A DNA stretch of 64,000 nt from Macrostomum lignano (GCA_002269645.1 NIVC01000020.1:1302001-1366000); one strand, 5' to 3'; shown: positions 1 through 12,924, numbered from the stretch's first letter. Numbers and translations: made by a program. Notes: generated by a model not told the origin, from the letters alone.

Positions 1-1611
1 GCAATTCGCAACTTTCCCGCAGCTGAGGCGCCGTCGCCCGACACCGGGGCCCGCCTCTCTCAGGTCACTTCGTTTGCCTGCGCTCTGACAGCTGGATTTG
101 CCTCGTTAAGCCCCTTGTCCAATAGCTTCATCATTAGCGAGCCCAGCTGCCTGCTGTACCTGCTGCAGACTCTGCTCCTGCTCCAAGCCGCCGCCACCTG
201 CGTTGCCGCCCTGCGCCGCGCCCGCGCTGACGGCCTGTGGCGCAAGCCGTGCAAATCGCTGATCGGCCACCCGTGCGCCATCTCCGCTGTGCTGCATGCG
301 GCCGCCGCCATCTGCCTGCGCCTGGCCTTCGGCTTCGCCACCTGCCGCGAGGAGGCCCGCGGCGTTGGCTGGTGCAGCGACGCCGACGACTGGCTGGCCG
401 CATCCGCCGCTGTGTCGAGTCAGTCCCCCCTGCTGTCTTGCGTGCTGGCGCTGCTCGCCTCTCTGGCCGCCTTCCGCTGGTGGCTCCGCCGCTGCGGCAA
501 CTTCAACGGCTACTCGCCGGCCGTGCTGGCGTTGTCCTACCTGCCCGTTCCCATTGGCCTCTGCGCCATCATCCACTGGGTCCTGCAGGCGGCCGGCAGT
601 CCAGCCTCCCCGCTGCTGCTGCGCATCGGCCTCGCCCTGGCCACCGCTGGCGTCTTCATCCTCCTGCTGGCTCCCAGCACTGCCCACCTCGAGCGCCGGC
701 CCGCGACTTCTCGGCGCCTACAGGCTATTGCCGACGCGCTAGCTCGCGGCTACGACCTGGCCGAGGTGGCACCTGCCCTCTGCCGCGACCTGCTGGGTGA
801 CAGCGGCGAGGACTCGGACAATCAGCACCGGGGCTACGGCATGCGCTTCATGTACCGCACGGCTGCCTGCGGCCTCCTCCTGTTTGCCTGTCTGGCTGTG
901 CTGCTGCTTGCCGGCCACCGGGCCGTCCCCGCCCTCCTTCTGTGCGCCGCTGCCGCTGCGCTCCACGCCGAGCTCCGCTCCGCCCAGCTGCGCCTCGGCC
1001 AAGGCCGTCCGCTGGCCGAGCTGGCCGGCTGGCCGGACATTGTCTTCCTTCTGCTGCTCGGCTGGGCCGCCTTTTACGCCTGCGGCCTGCAGCCCAGCCT
1101 GTCCGCCATCCGCTGGGACCCCGCCTTCATCGCCTACAGCGCAGAGACCTCCGGCTCCGCGGGTCGCTTCTTTGGCGGAGTCCTCATCCTCAGTGGCATG
1201 TTCTGGGGCCAGCTGCTGGCCGCCATGGCCGCCCCTCTGCTGCTTCTTCTGCTGCCGCTGACCGCCGGCCACCTGCCGTTTGTCGCCCGGCCAAAGTGGC
1301 GCCGCCTGCTGCCCGACCAGTCCAGCGGTGACTTCCTGCTGACCGACCTGCCGCCCGGCACCCTCGCCGGGGCCGCCGCTGGCGTCTTCGCCCGCCTGCT
1401 GCTGCTTGCCGCCTGTCTGGCGCTCGGCAGCATGGCGGCTGCTGGCTGGCACCGCCGCCACCTCATGGCCTGGAAGGTGTTCGCGCCGCGCATGATGTTC
1501 GGCGTCATCGGCTGCGCGGCTACCGCCGTTGGCGCTGGCGCCGGCCTCCTCTGCGCCGTCTGCATTGATAGAGGCGTGCGGCGCTGGGTTAAGCAGGCGC
1601 TTAAGGAATAA
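1..1611 (+). CDS. PIGO: GPI ethanolamine phosphate transferase 3 (PIG-O), 5'-truncated C-terminal membrane region
   Basis: Frame is open from base 1 to TAA at 1609-1611. Multi-pass hydrophobic protein with SNSFIISE, AIRWDPAFI and the C-terminal RRHLMAWKVFAPR motif typical of PIG-O/Gpi13. Confidence 0.88.
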   Translation, partial: AIRNFPAAEAPSPDTGARLSQVTSFACALTAGFASLSPLSNSFIISEPSCLLYLLQTLLLLQAAATCVAALRRARADGLWRKPCKSLIGHPCAISAVLHAAAAICLRLAFGFATCREEARGVGWCSDADDWLAASAAVSSQSPLLSCVLALLASLAAFRWWLRRCGNFNGYSPAVLALSYLPVPIGLCAIIHWVLQAAGSPASPLLLRIGLALATAGVFILLLAPSTAHLERRPATSRRLQAIADALARGYDLAEVAPALCRDLLGDSGEDSDNQHRGYGMRFMYRTAACGLLLFACLAVLLLAGHRAVPALLLCAAAAALHAELRSAQLRLGQGRPLAELAGWPDIVFLLLLGWAAFYACGLQPSLSAIRWDPAFIAYSAETSGSAGRFFGGVLILSGMFWGQLLAAMAAPLLLLLLPLTAGHLPFVARPKWRRLLPDQSSGDFLLTDLPPGTLAGAAAGVFARLLLLAACLALGSMAAAGWHRRHLMAWKVFAPRMMFGVIGCAATAVGAGAGLLCAVCIDRGVRRWVKQALKE

Positions 1612-1616
1612 GTCTC

Positions 1617-2104
1617 CCCCTGATCCCAGCCCCCTGATCCCAGCCCCCTGATCCCAGCCCCCTGATCCCAGCCCCCTGATCCCAGCCCCCTGATCCCAGC
1701 CCCCTGATCCCAGCTCCCTGATCCCAGCCCCCTGATCCCAGCTCCCTGATCCCAGCCCCCTGATCCCAGCCCCCTGATCCCAGCTCCCTGATCCCAGCCC
1801 CCTGATCCCAGCTCCCTGATCCCAGCTCCCTGATCCCAGCTCCCTGATCCCAGCTCCCTGATCCCAGCCCCCTGATCCCAGCCCCCTGATCCCAGCTCCC
1901 TGATCCCAGCCCCCTGATCCCAGCTCCCTGATCCCAGCCCCCTGATCCCAGCCCCCTGATCCCAGCTCCCTGATCCCTACCCCCTGATTCCAGCTCCCTG
2001 ATCCCAGCCCCCTGATTCTAGCTCCCTGATTCTAGCTCCCTGATCCCAACACCCTGATCCCAGCCCCCTGATCCCAGTCCCCCTGATCCCAGCTCCCTGA
2101 TCCC
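1617..2104. repeat. 13-bp minisatellite (CCCCTGATCCCAG)n just after the PIGO stop
   Basis: About 37 near-identical units, degenerating at the 3' end. Confidence 0.95.
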
Positions 2105-2711
2105 CGCCCCTCTAATTCCAAAGCTTCCTATTTATTCAGCTTTACAAATCCCTCGCATCCTAAACCGTGGTCCTCCCAAATCTGTTTCCTGTCTCGAGCC
2201 TTGCCCCCAATCCCAGAGTCTATCCCCGATCCCAGCTGGCCCCGCGCTAATTACTTGTAGTTTTTATTTGCACCTGAGTAGCATTTGATTTGCACAGTGC
2301 AGCCAGCTTAGAAATTCGCTGATCAAAGATCTGCAAGGCTCGCATTGAATTGTCTGCATTGTCTCGTCCCTGTCAGTCCCCTTGCTCAAGTATTGTCATC
2401 AATCATGATTGCGCAGCTGGCAGCTTTATTAGCTCACAGCTAGCCCAGTCCAGTTGGATTCGATCTTCTTCACTGTCTGTCTGTGTGCAGCGCATTTTCT
2501 GCAGCCTGTTTTTATCCATAGCTTTTCTTAGCTCATTCTTGTTGGCCAAAAATACAGCAGACCTGTTTGCTTTGGTTTTAGCGAAACTGCAATGCTGGCT
2601 CAGTACCACTTTTGCTCTTTTTTTGCCAGTTTGCTAAGGAAATTCAGTAGTATACGCTCGTATAGCGGCCTTGTGTCATCAGTTTTCGGCGTGGCTATAC
2701 TCACTATAACA

Positions 2712-2835
2712 TCCCTGAGATCTCTGAGAATCGCCCAAATCAACCCTGAGAATCGCCCCAATCAACCCTGAGAATCGCCCCAATCAACCCTGAGAATCGC
2801 CCAAATCAACCCTGAGAATCGCCCCAATCATCCCA
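2712..2835. repeat. 22-bp tandem repeat (CCCTGAGAATCGCCC[A/C]AATCAA), about 5-6 units
   Basis: Units directly visible upstream of the RBM15 start. Confidence 0.9.
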
Positions 2836-2935
2836 GAATCGCCCTGAACCCTATAGGTCGACCCATTGAAGGCAAAGTCGTTCAGACAGCCATAAAATTA
2901 CACCTCTTGAAATCATCGTGCCCTTGCAGCAGCGG

Positions 2936-5748
2936 ATGAAGCGCTCCGGAGATAGCCGGGATCATTCGCCTCGGCGTAGCAGCGCTAAAAAGTCGCGCGG
3001 CGGTGGCGATCACGATCGGGACAAAGACCGGGACCGCGCTAGAGACAAAGACCGCGGAAAAGATCGCGACCGCGACAGGGATCATGACCGCGCGTCGTCG
3101 CTCCGCTCCGGTGACCGGGATCAGGGTCGGGACAAAGACCGGCACAGAGACCAGGACCGGGACAAAGACCGGAAGAGGGATCAGGACCGAGAAAAAGACC
3201 GGCACAGGGATCAGGACAGGGACAAAGACCGGCACAGAGACCAGGACCGGGACAAAGACCGGCACAGGGATCAAGACAGGGACAAAGACCGGCACAGAGA
3301 CCAGGATAAGGACCGGGATGGAGAGCAGCCGCCGTACAAGGCGCTGTGCGTGCGGGACATTGACCCCCTCGCCGAGGACGATCAGGTGCGCCAGCGAATG
3401 CACGACGAGTTCGACCGTTTCGGCCTGGTGAAGGTGACGCCCAGCTTCTTCGACGGCGAGAAGATCGCCTTTTTGTACTTTGACCGGCCCGAGGACGCCA
3501 GGCGGGCGCGGGCAGCCAAGCTGGAGGCCGGCCTGAGCTTCAGCGGCCGGTCCTGCCGCCTGGACCCGCACTACTCGCGCAAGAGGACTCCGCCGCCACG
3601 CCAGCGCCAGCGGTACTCGCCACCGCCGCCGCAGCAGCACCTGCCGCCTATCGGCTCCTCGGCTGTCAGACGACGCGGCGGCGATTTTGGCGGCCGGCGC
3701 GGTCCGCCGCCCGAGGAGGTGCTGCCGCCGGAGGACGACGACCGGGCGACCCGCACCCTGTTCCTGGGCAACATGCCGCCTGATGTGGACGAGTACCTGA
3801 TCAGGCACAAGTTCGAACGGTTCGGCATCATCCAGGTGGGTTGAGGAGGCAGCGGCTATGGTCGGATGATCGATCTGAAGTCAATTATGAATGTATTTTC
3901 TCCATTCCCTCATTACCAGACATGGAGGGCCGTAGCCTAGTGGTCTAGCCCGGGCGCTCTGATGTGCCCAGGCTCGATTCCAAGTCTGCTCGTGCAATTA
4001 ACACCCTTCAGGGCCAACTCCCCAGACACAGTGAAGTGTACATGCCTTTAGGATGAATAAAGTTAGTGTCGCTGTACACTCCTGTGTGTGTTGTGCCTGT
4101 GCGTACGTATCCTCTCGCCGGTTGTGTGACAATGTCGCTTAAAGTGCGCCAGGGTGCACACAGCCGCCTGCCTCTAACTAAAAAACTGTCAGACCCGAGA
4201 CAGACTGCAGGTTTTCAGCTGCAAGATTAACGCATAAGCGGAGAGAAACTGCAGCCCGCTTATTTCGTGGCAGAAAATTAGGATTTGGTTAAGAGTTGCC
4301 CAGTTCTCCCTGACCAGCCGCGATCCCCCAACCGCCGCCAGGACCTCGAGGTGAAGCGGCCGCCTAAAAGCGTCATGCAAACGCCGGGCGCCAAGGCGTT
4401 CGCCTTCATCAAATTTCTCACGCTGGACATGGCCTACAAGGCCCGCGTGCACCTGGCGCAGACCAGCATCGGCGGCCACATCGCCAAGATCGGGTACGCC
4501 AAGGCGGTGCCCACTTGCTGCATGTGGCTGGGCGGCCTCGGCTCCTGGCTGTCCGAGGAGAAGCTGCGCACCGAGTGCGAGCGGTTCGGCAGCCTGGAGC
4601 GGCTCGACTGGCCGCCCGGCCGCGACTTCGCCTTCGTGCTGTACGAGCGGCAGGAGTCGGCGGCTGAGGCCGTCCGCCGGCTGCGCGGCGGCAGCTTCTA
4701 CGGTGAGGACAAGCGGCTGCGGACCGACTTTGTCGATGCCGACATCAACCTGCTGCTCGGCCTGCTGGCCCGGCACTCCGGCGCGGCCGACTCGCAGCAG
4801 CCGCCGGCGCCCCTGTCCTCGGCTGCCTTCCTGTCCGCCAGCGCCGGCTCCGGGATTGCGCAGCCCTCCGTTCTGCAGCCGCCGCCGCCGCCGCCACCCC
4901 CGCCGCCGCCACCGATCGACAAGGCGACCAGCATTAACGACGTGGTGCGGAACCTGCAGCCGCCGTGCTGGTCGGGCGCCCTGCTCCTCAAAGGCGCGCG
5001 CTTCCCCGCCACGCTGCACTATTTCTATGGCGAGACCCGCCTGCTGCGGGACCACTTCGGCCCCAGGGATCCAGGCGGGGGCAGGCGGGGCCACCGGCGG
5101 GGCGGCAGCCGCGATCGGGACCGGCACAGCGAGCGCGACGCCGACCACCGGCCATCCGTGCTGCGCGAGCCGCCACCGATGCCGCCCACCGATGCCGAGG
5201 ACGAGCCGCTGGAGGTCCGGCAGCGGGTCCGCATCACCCCGGCCAGCGCCGACCGCATGCTGGCCCGTCTGCTCGCCAGCGTCGAGGGCTTCTGTGTCTG
5301 CGTCTGCGTGCCCCGGGCCGGCGCGCCTGCCGCTGCCACCGCCGCGGAGGAGGCGTCGGCCACAGCCTCGAGCGACTCCGCCAGCGAGGCAGCCGCAGCA
5401 GCCGCCGCAGCAGCGAAAGCGGCCGCGGATATTCGGCCGTTCAAGCACCTGCTGTCCTACCTAGTTGCCAAGGACTCCGTCGGAGTGGTGGACCTGGAGG
5501 ACGGCATGGCCGCCCTCTACTTGGTGCCGCCCTGCCTGCTCACGCAGCGCCTGTTCACCAAGAAGGCGCCGATGCTTGACTGGCAGCGGGCCGCCTCCGA
5601 GGCCGACGAGCACCTGCTGGGCCTCCTGCTGCGCCGCCGAAACCCGCCGCCTCAGGCCGTCCCGGCGCAGCCGCCCTACGCCTCGCTGATGTCGCTGCCG
5701 ATGCTGGCGACTGAGGCGGCGGCCGCTGTCACTAGCGAGCAGAACTGA
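2936..5748 (+). CDS. RBM15: RNA-binding protein 15 / spenito-like (3 RRM + SPOC); exons 2936-3835 and 4342-5748
   Basis: Arg/Asp-repeat N-terminus, RRM1 (YKALCVRD...AFLYF), RRM2 (RATRTLFLGN...AFAFIKF) split by a phase-0 intron (CAG|GTGGG ... CCGCCAG|GAC), RRM3 (CMWLGGLG...FAFVLYE), and SPOC-like C-terminus (WSGALLLK...LEVRQRVRI...HLLSYL...GVV). AATAAA at 5807. Confidence 0.9.
3927..4180 (+). mobile_element. tRNA-derived SINE-like element in the RBM15 intron
   Basis: Pol III A box TAGCCTAGTGG (3933-3943) and B-box-like GGCTCGATTCC (3971-3981) at tRNA spacing, without a proper cloverleaf, followed by about 200 nt of unrelated body. The 3' boundary is uncertain. Confidence 0.6.
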
Positions 5749-6507
5749 CCCGGCAGGTCCGTGCTGGTCCGCCCTCTGCCCGCCTGCTCTCCGGTGTTTC
5801 CTACAGAATAAAAAATAACCAAATTCTCGCAGCCTACTGTGAGTAGCCTCTCGCCCCTCTGACTCGCTAGTGTTTTGTTTAACTTTCTCGCGCTGATTTC
5901 GCCGTTTTCGCCAGCTGGTTGCGGCAAAGCCGATGAAATATACATAATACATTTCAAAATAACCGATTTCACTTGAAAATTGTTGTTTCAATACAAACCG
6001 CGTCTACAAATGCATCAGCGCTTGTCTGTAGGTTTTTTGCTCGCCTGCCGGCTAACTGGGGCTTTGGGGCTGCATCTGTTAGCTGGCTACAAGTCTCGGC
6101 CTGCATGTATCAGTTGGGGCGCCACAGTGCAGTTGATCAACTTGACTCTCCACCCACCACTGAGCCCCCGCTTACTATTGGCGAAGCCCGCGGCTGGCGC
6201 AGCGCGACAGATGTAGCGGGTCGGCTTTTGTTATTCCAGTGCACAGCCAGCATCTCTGTGCTTGGGCCGAGCCGGGCTGCAGGCTAAAAGTGCAGCCGAA
6301 TCTCCCCAGCTGCCGCTTGTCGCGCTCAGTTAAGCAGCTGGCCCTAATGGCCTGATTCCTATCGTGGCCGCCGGTCTCCCCCGGCAGAAAGATGGCGGAG
6401 AGGCATTTCGGGCTGGGGCCGCTGTGAACTTTTATGATCCCCTCTTCACTGCGGCGAGAGGAGAAAACTGGGTCAAGGAATCCTGAGTTCGGCCAGTGCG
6501 GCTAAAC

Positions 6508-7881
6508 CCCGTGTGGCCATCCGATCAGGTTTTTCGCCCGGTTTTGCTCTGGCTTGCTATGTTTTTTGCCCCATTTCCAGGCGAAGAACATAAACCAGGC
6601 GAATTTATCCGGTTTTTCTCTGCCTTTCTAAACCAGGCGAAATTCCGGAGGAAAAACCGTACGAGTGCTCTGGTTTTTTACCCGGTCCTTCGCCAGGTTT
6701 GGAACCAGTTTAGTAACGCAGGCAAATCCGGAGTAAAAGCGGATGAAATAACAATTCCGCCTGGAATTTTGCCCGGTTCTTTCTCTGGTTCTTCGACCGG
6801 ACAAGAGCCGGAGAAAAGAGCTGATGAAAGCCTTTAATTCAGGATTGGGTTGAAAATGGTATGGGAGACACAGTGTATAATTGACAATTGACATGAAGAT
6901 TTTCTTGTAATTGTATGTCCTGTAATGTGCTCCTGTTTTGTTCTCTTGCAGTATTTTTTTCCGCTCGTCTTTATATATACCATATGAGCGTCTTCGTATG
7001 TTACATTACGAGCGTAGTTCACGTAAACTGAGAATAAAAATATGTCATTTTAATGCTGTCATCGCACACATTTCTGAAGGCTGCATGCTACTTGGGGATT
7101 CCAACATACTTTTGGCCAGTCAGAAGTGATTTTAAATTCCCGCATTTATGCGCCTAGATGACTAGCGACTATGCGCCTACTGACTATTCTACAACATCTT
7201 TGGAATAAAAAAAACAGAGGAGTATATTGATCTTGTAGGTGATTTGGAACAGTTTGATGAATTGCAAGATGGAACGTTACATTTTTTGTATTAACACTGA
7301 CAATTGTCTTACTTCTTCACTCTTCACGGTATCCGTTGACAGAAGCGCACTGTAGATGTTTTACTAAGTCGGCACTACATATTTCCGAGAGTAGACACCA
7401 TTTGATAGGGATGCAGGGTTTTTCGTCCGGTTTGATCGTCGTGTCGCTTTCGTTAGGTTTTAGTCTGATTTTGCTCCGAGTATTCGTCCGGTTGGGTCGT
7501 CGTGTCGCTTTCGTTAGGTTTTAGTCTGATTTTGCTCCGGGTATTCGTCCGGTTGGGTCGTCGTGTCGCTTTCGTTAGGTTTTAGTCTGATTTTGCCCCG
7601 GTTATTTGCTGGGTTCTGCTATTGCACTTTCATCCGGTCATTTGTCGGGTTTTATTCAGGGTACTCATCAGTTTGAGTAGCCGAAGAGAAACCCGAGAAA
7701 ATACCTGATGTCCTCTACGAAATTCCTGACGAACAACCAGACGAAACTGCCGTCTTCGTCCGTTTTCGAGACCACTTTCCCGAGGATTTTCGGGTTTTTA
7801 GATAGGAAAAAATGTATTACAAACCGGGCAAAAATCCCGATCGCCTACCGGGCGAAAAACCTGATCAGATGGCCACACGGG
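6508..7881. mobile_element. Non-autonomous TIR DNA transposon, CMC/EnSpm-like (CCC...GGG termini, 2-bp TSD)
   Basis: 34-bp TIRs: CCCGTGTGGCCATCCGATCAGGTTTTTCGCCCGG at 6508-6541 and its reverse complement at 7848-7881 (1 mismatch). AC flanks both ends. Many subterminal ACCGG/CCGGTT motifs; no transposase ORF recognised. Confidence 0.8.
7438..7600. repeat. About 61-bp unit x3 inside the EnSpm-like element
   Basis: GTCGTGTCGCTTTCGTTAGGTTTTAGTCTGATTTTG... repeated three times with no unique spacers. Confidence 0.9.
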
Positions 7882-10800
7882 ACTTTTCTGGACCGCTTCG
7901 CCGCCGCTGTTTTGGCACCGTTCCGCGGCCCCGAGCCCCGGCTGAGTCAGCCGCCGGCCTTCCCTGTCTGCCCCGCATCCCCCAAGCCCGGCCCCGCTTG
8001 CCTAGTAAATCCCCATGCAGGCAAAAGTGCACCCGGACTGCCGCCCGGCTCCCCATCCGCCCGCCTCCCCTCTGCGCTCTCCCGTCCCCGCAGTTGCCCG
8101 CTGGGCCGCCCTGTCCTGGCATCCCAGACGGCTGCTGACCCGCCAGGCGGGGGGGGGGGCTCCAAGCCCGCCACTTCTTCCCTGGCCCGGCAACCGGGAT
8201 TCAATTCCCTCCCCCAAGTCGATTTGGGAGCGGGCAGAGTGCAGGCAGGCAGCGACTTTTTACTGCGCAGCCTCCGGCCCTCCGAGCATCATCGTCTCCC
8301 TCTTCACTTCCCTGCCCGCCATGTCCCACGTCGCGGCACGGGGAAAGTCGCCGCTGCTGCAGCCCTCCACGCGGGGAATGGCATGCTCCCCTGCGCTGGA
8401 TGCGGCGAGGGCAGCTGCAGCGGCTGCCACAGGGACTTAAAGTTGATCTCGTGCAGAGGCAAATGTTTCCAGTGTTAATTACTGTCGTGCTCGGCTGGGG
8501 AAGCTGGCGTTTATTAGAAGGTCTCTCAGTTGCATTTAAATCCAAGCCATGGATACAAAAGTGTCAAGGACGACTTAAGCAGCTCTGGCTGTTGGCCATT
8601 ATCATGTGATAGTGTGTGCATTTGCTGCTCTTGCTCAGCTGTTGAATTCAAGGCGCTACGAGCGTAACTATAAGGCTCTGTGTGCTGCTGAATACTTGAG
8701 ACTTCGCCTCAATAGACTGCATGACTGCATGGCTGGCCATCCGTCAGTCAGTCAACAGGGGGCTCCACCCCGTGCGGCAGGCCGGTCGGGCCCGGCGGCT
8801 GCAATGCACCGTTGCGGCCTGGGCTTTCCGCTCATGTGACCGAGATTACGTAACAGCTCCACGCCGCACCGAGCGACCCCGCCAGGAAACAAAGCGCGCT
8901 CTGCAACTCGTGCGCAACGGCTTTTTCCGAGCTGTTTCGCTTGCGTTGCCTCGACTTCAACTGGCTTTGTCTTCTTTGGAGTCTGCGGTCTGGCATTCAC
9001 TGACAAATGACTGGAATGAGCATCAGACAGAGAGAACTGGGGCGTGTCAGGCAGTGGCTGGAACCTCTGTTTCACTGCGCACGGCTCACTTCCGGACTGA
9101 AGTGTCAATCCGATCCGAGCCACTTCCGGTCTGCGGACTCTGTGCTGGGCCTGAGTGGCATGTTTGCAACTTTCTCCGACCAGCCTTGCAGCTCTGGTCC
9201 GATTGCGTCACTGGCAGATTCCAGTGCAACTCGTAAACAGACGAATCTCTGGGGCGGGGCTGCATGGCCAGGGCCGCCAGCTGTTCTGGATTTCGGATTT
9301 CGTGCTGGACAGAAGTTCAGGAGTGGGGAAATCTGCAACCCAGAAGTGTGTGCATTCAGTGCAAAAACAAATGAAGGTCAAAGGAGATTTCTGGCGAGGG
9401 GACGCAGACTCGAAGTTCACAAATTGCATGGCAACAATGACTTTAGGATAATTCTCCCCCCCCCCCGAATGGGTTTCGATAGAACTTCGAATAGTGTCCT
9501 GATGCCATGCTCGGGCTCGTCCTTCAAACGACCTCCCGTTCTTCTCCTACTGTCCCCCTCTACTCTCGGGTGGGACGGGGTCATACGAGGTCACGCGGCC
9601 TGCGCGGAGCGGAGGAGGCAGAGAAGCGAACGAGTGCGCGAAGCCGCCCCAGGGATTTGGGAGCGGTGGGGAGGCGCGGGCTCAGCGCTTTCCCTTCCTT
9701 TCCCCTCATTTCAGGATCACTCCGGCCCGGGACTCGCCTTCTTCTCTTCCCGCTCTGTCTCCGGCTTCCCCTCGGCTTCCCCGCGGCTCAGTTTTTAGGG
9801 CAAGAAAAAGCCGGGGCCTCCATCCGGCCTTCATCCCATGCGGTTCCCAGTTTCCCACCGGATCGGCAGGGATGGGAGCTGCAGCTGTCAGTCTCGGGCC
9901 TGTGTGAGTGCGGTGGCCCGCGGAGACTGCGGGGGCTGCAGCTTCAGTTGATGACGCAGCTCAGCCAGCTGCAGGGCGTTAACTGGAAATTGTTGGCTAG
10001 GCCTCGGTGCACAAAGCCGTCCTGCCCATAGACAATAGCAGTTGCTATGCCGTCTGTAGACCACGCACCGACCGAGTTAAAGTGCGCGTGAACTGCAGTG
10101 AGCATGTTTTCCTTATGCTAGGCTTAGTCAGTTTTTATGACAAAAAATCTGCGTTGGTTGGCAAGTTTCAGTTTTTTACTCATAAACAGCTCCAAATCGG
10201 GCCAAAAATTCACCTGCAACTGTTTGAAAAATTGCCTACTTGTTTTGCTTTGGCTTCTTGATTAGTGCAGCTGCACCTTAGCCCTCGAAGCCGGAGAACT
10301 CCCTGAGCAGATCGCGAGTTCAGAGTTGCTGCGGACTGGTCGTACTTTGATTTCGGCTTAACTGAAGGCTAAAATTTTCAAATGGAAAGCTGAGAGGGTT
10401 GAGCACAGCAGAATGTTGCAGAGAATTCAGAGATAACGAGATTGCAGCGTAGGTATAGGCTGTGCGGCGGGGGAAGTGGAGCTGGTGACAGATGTGAGAG
10501 GTCAGATAAGACTGTCCCGAATTGCTGAGCATGGAAGTAACCTTGAACTTTCATACAGAATTGTCTGGTTTCAGTGAAAGGGATTCCTCTGGGTTGCATG
10601 GACAGAGCAATGTACTGCAGTGCATTGCTGTTTTCGCACAGCATTTCCGCCCGCATCGCAGCCGGCACCCCCGCCAGCCAGTTTGCCAGCACCGCTGCGG
10701 TGCAGCTGCCCGGCTTCGGGCTGGTGCGGCCCGAACTGCGCAGCTTTCGCAACCCTGAACTGCCCCGCGGAGCAGAGCAGCTGAGACCAAAGCAAGAGGA

Positions 10801-12924
10801 GGGCGGCCCGACTGTTTGCAGCAGAAAAGTCCTGCTCAGAGTCGCTGAGAGTGGAATCCAGAGATGCTCGCCCAGCTCAGCCTCACGAGCTCTTGGGGAA
10901 TCGGCTTTCTTGACCCCATTCAGCGCTGTGCGTCCTCTGGAGCTACCGAATGCACTGGCGATGCGACAGCTGCTGCAATACGTGCCTTAGCGGCCTCAGG
11001 CTCATTTCTGCTCCATCAAATCCGATAAACTGTTGAATGTGTGAGATGGCCAAATTTTTGCTATAAATAACTGTGGGAAATTTTCATCTCGCCGATGCAT
11101 TTGGCAGCGAAACTGGACTTTCAAATAAATTTTCCATAATAATTTTGAAGTGCCATTGTGCGTAACGTTGCACTTGTAAGGGATTTTATAATTTGCCACT
11201 CAGCTGGCTGAAATTCAATTTCAATTTTCGCCGACTAGAAGAAACTCGACCCCCTCGCACCGGCATGGCAACCGGAGTCAGGTGTAGTAGCGAAACGCGA
11301 TCCCTCCCTGGTTGCGGAGGCGGCAGACAATCGGAGCGTGACAGCTCGCGCTCTGCTGCTGGGTGGGTTGGTGGGAGGTGGGAGCCCGATCCCAGAGAGC
11401 GCCATGGCAACAGATGCTGCCGGGGTCGCTGCAAGGGCGCGCGGTCTCATGCTGCACTAATATTGGCGAACGCCTTGGGGCGCCTCTCCATCCCTCCCTG
11501 CCCGCCGCCTGCGTGCAAATCCAGTCTGGGAGGGGGGGGGGCTGTCTGGGCTGGGCGGTCACCTCGGCTGACCTCTGGGAGCCGCCCCGCTGCAGTCACA
11601 TGAGCAGAGAGGGCCGGGCTGTGTCTGTACTCTGCCAGGCCTGCGCAGAGCCCATTGCTAATACTTGAGCACGGGTGAGCTGGGAGCGAGCCGGACAAGA
11701 GAAGGAGAACGGACTGGAAAAGCAGCTCACACCGCCCTGCCCTGTCAATCTGCAGCGGACATCCCTGCAGTTCTAGATTGCTCAGACCGAAAATAAAAGA
11801 CTAGTTGAAGCTGAATCAGTTAGCGAATTTTATTGGCAATTAAAACTGTTCGCAGTGCTTAAATGTGAAATAAAAGCTTACCAGTGTATTCTGGAGCGGG
11901 GATCAAATCCAGGATTATCCAAGCGGATTATGTGTTGCATGTACAGCGCTGGCTGCAAAGCTGGGGCGACAAGGCAAATAGCGAGAAATCAAAAAATTAA
12001 TAATAATCATCAACATGAAAAATTAAAACAAAATTAAAGCGGTGGAGACGGACAGAAGGCGGACAGGCCTCTGCAGCAAATAAAACTGATTGGACCCTGG
12101 CAGGTGCCCCCCCCCCCTGTACCGAGTTAAACTGCGGATTCGCTAGTGAGCCAGGCGGCAGCCAACGGAACAAACAACAAAGGCTAGAAAGGGTGCTCAA
12201 CGCATAAGATAAATATAATGCCGACTGTTCTCAAGCACCTTGTCGGTGCCATGCAGGTAAAATGACAACTGAAGGAGCCAGCAGCCCGCCGCATCAGCCC
12301 GTGTTCACAGCGGCCGGCTTGGCAGGTGGCTACAGCTGGCAGTGTGCTGGGAACACGGTGTTAAAATAATGAAGATGAAGCTACAGGTGCGGCAGGTGCG
12401 CTTGAGCTCGGTATGGGTAGGGGTGCATTTTGAGCATTGAGCTGTACATGCAGAATTTGCCAATAAAACAGTTGCAAATCAGTACTCGAACACATGTACG
12501 AAAAAGCAAGCATGCGGAAAGCTGAGCAGAGGCAAACAGGACTGGCCAAGGTCCAGCTACCTGAGGAGCTCTCTGGACTAAACAGGGATTCTGGACAAAC
12601 AGATCTACATCAATTAAGCCTCTCCCCAGCTTCCAGGCGCGTTCTGATAGTTGTGAGGACATTTAGTAAACATAAACTCAGCCTAGATAGATCTGTACAG
12701 TTTGTCGGGCCTCGCCTCAGCGAGCAAAGGAAAGCAATACTGGAGACGTTAAAAAACAACTCGAAAAAACACAATTGGAACTCAGGGAGTTAAATAAGGG
12801 GAAAATCGGATAGGAACAAAATTAGAGATCAGGCAAACATAATTGGACTGCAGAGGCGGAAGAGGTAGGCGCTGACTCATCTCAAACTGCGTCGTGGACT
12901 GGAGCTAAGAGAACACTCGGGCTG

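Noticed and set aside
3927-3995. Functional tRNA gene
   Set aside because: A and B boxes are present, but acceptor, anticodon and T-arm pairing are poor.
106-5579. Many long antisense and alternate-frame ORFs over PIGO and RBM15 (likewise over Pim, UNC93-like and XPO1)
   Set aside because: Expected shadows of GC3-rich coding sequence that lacks stop codons in other frames.
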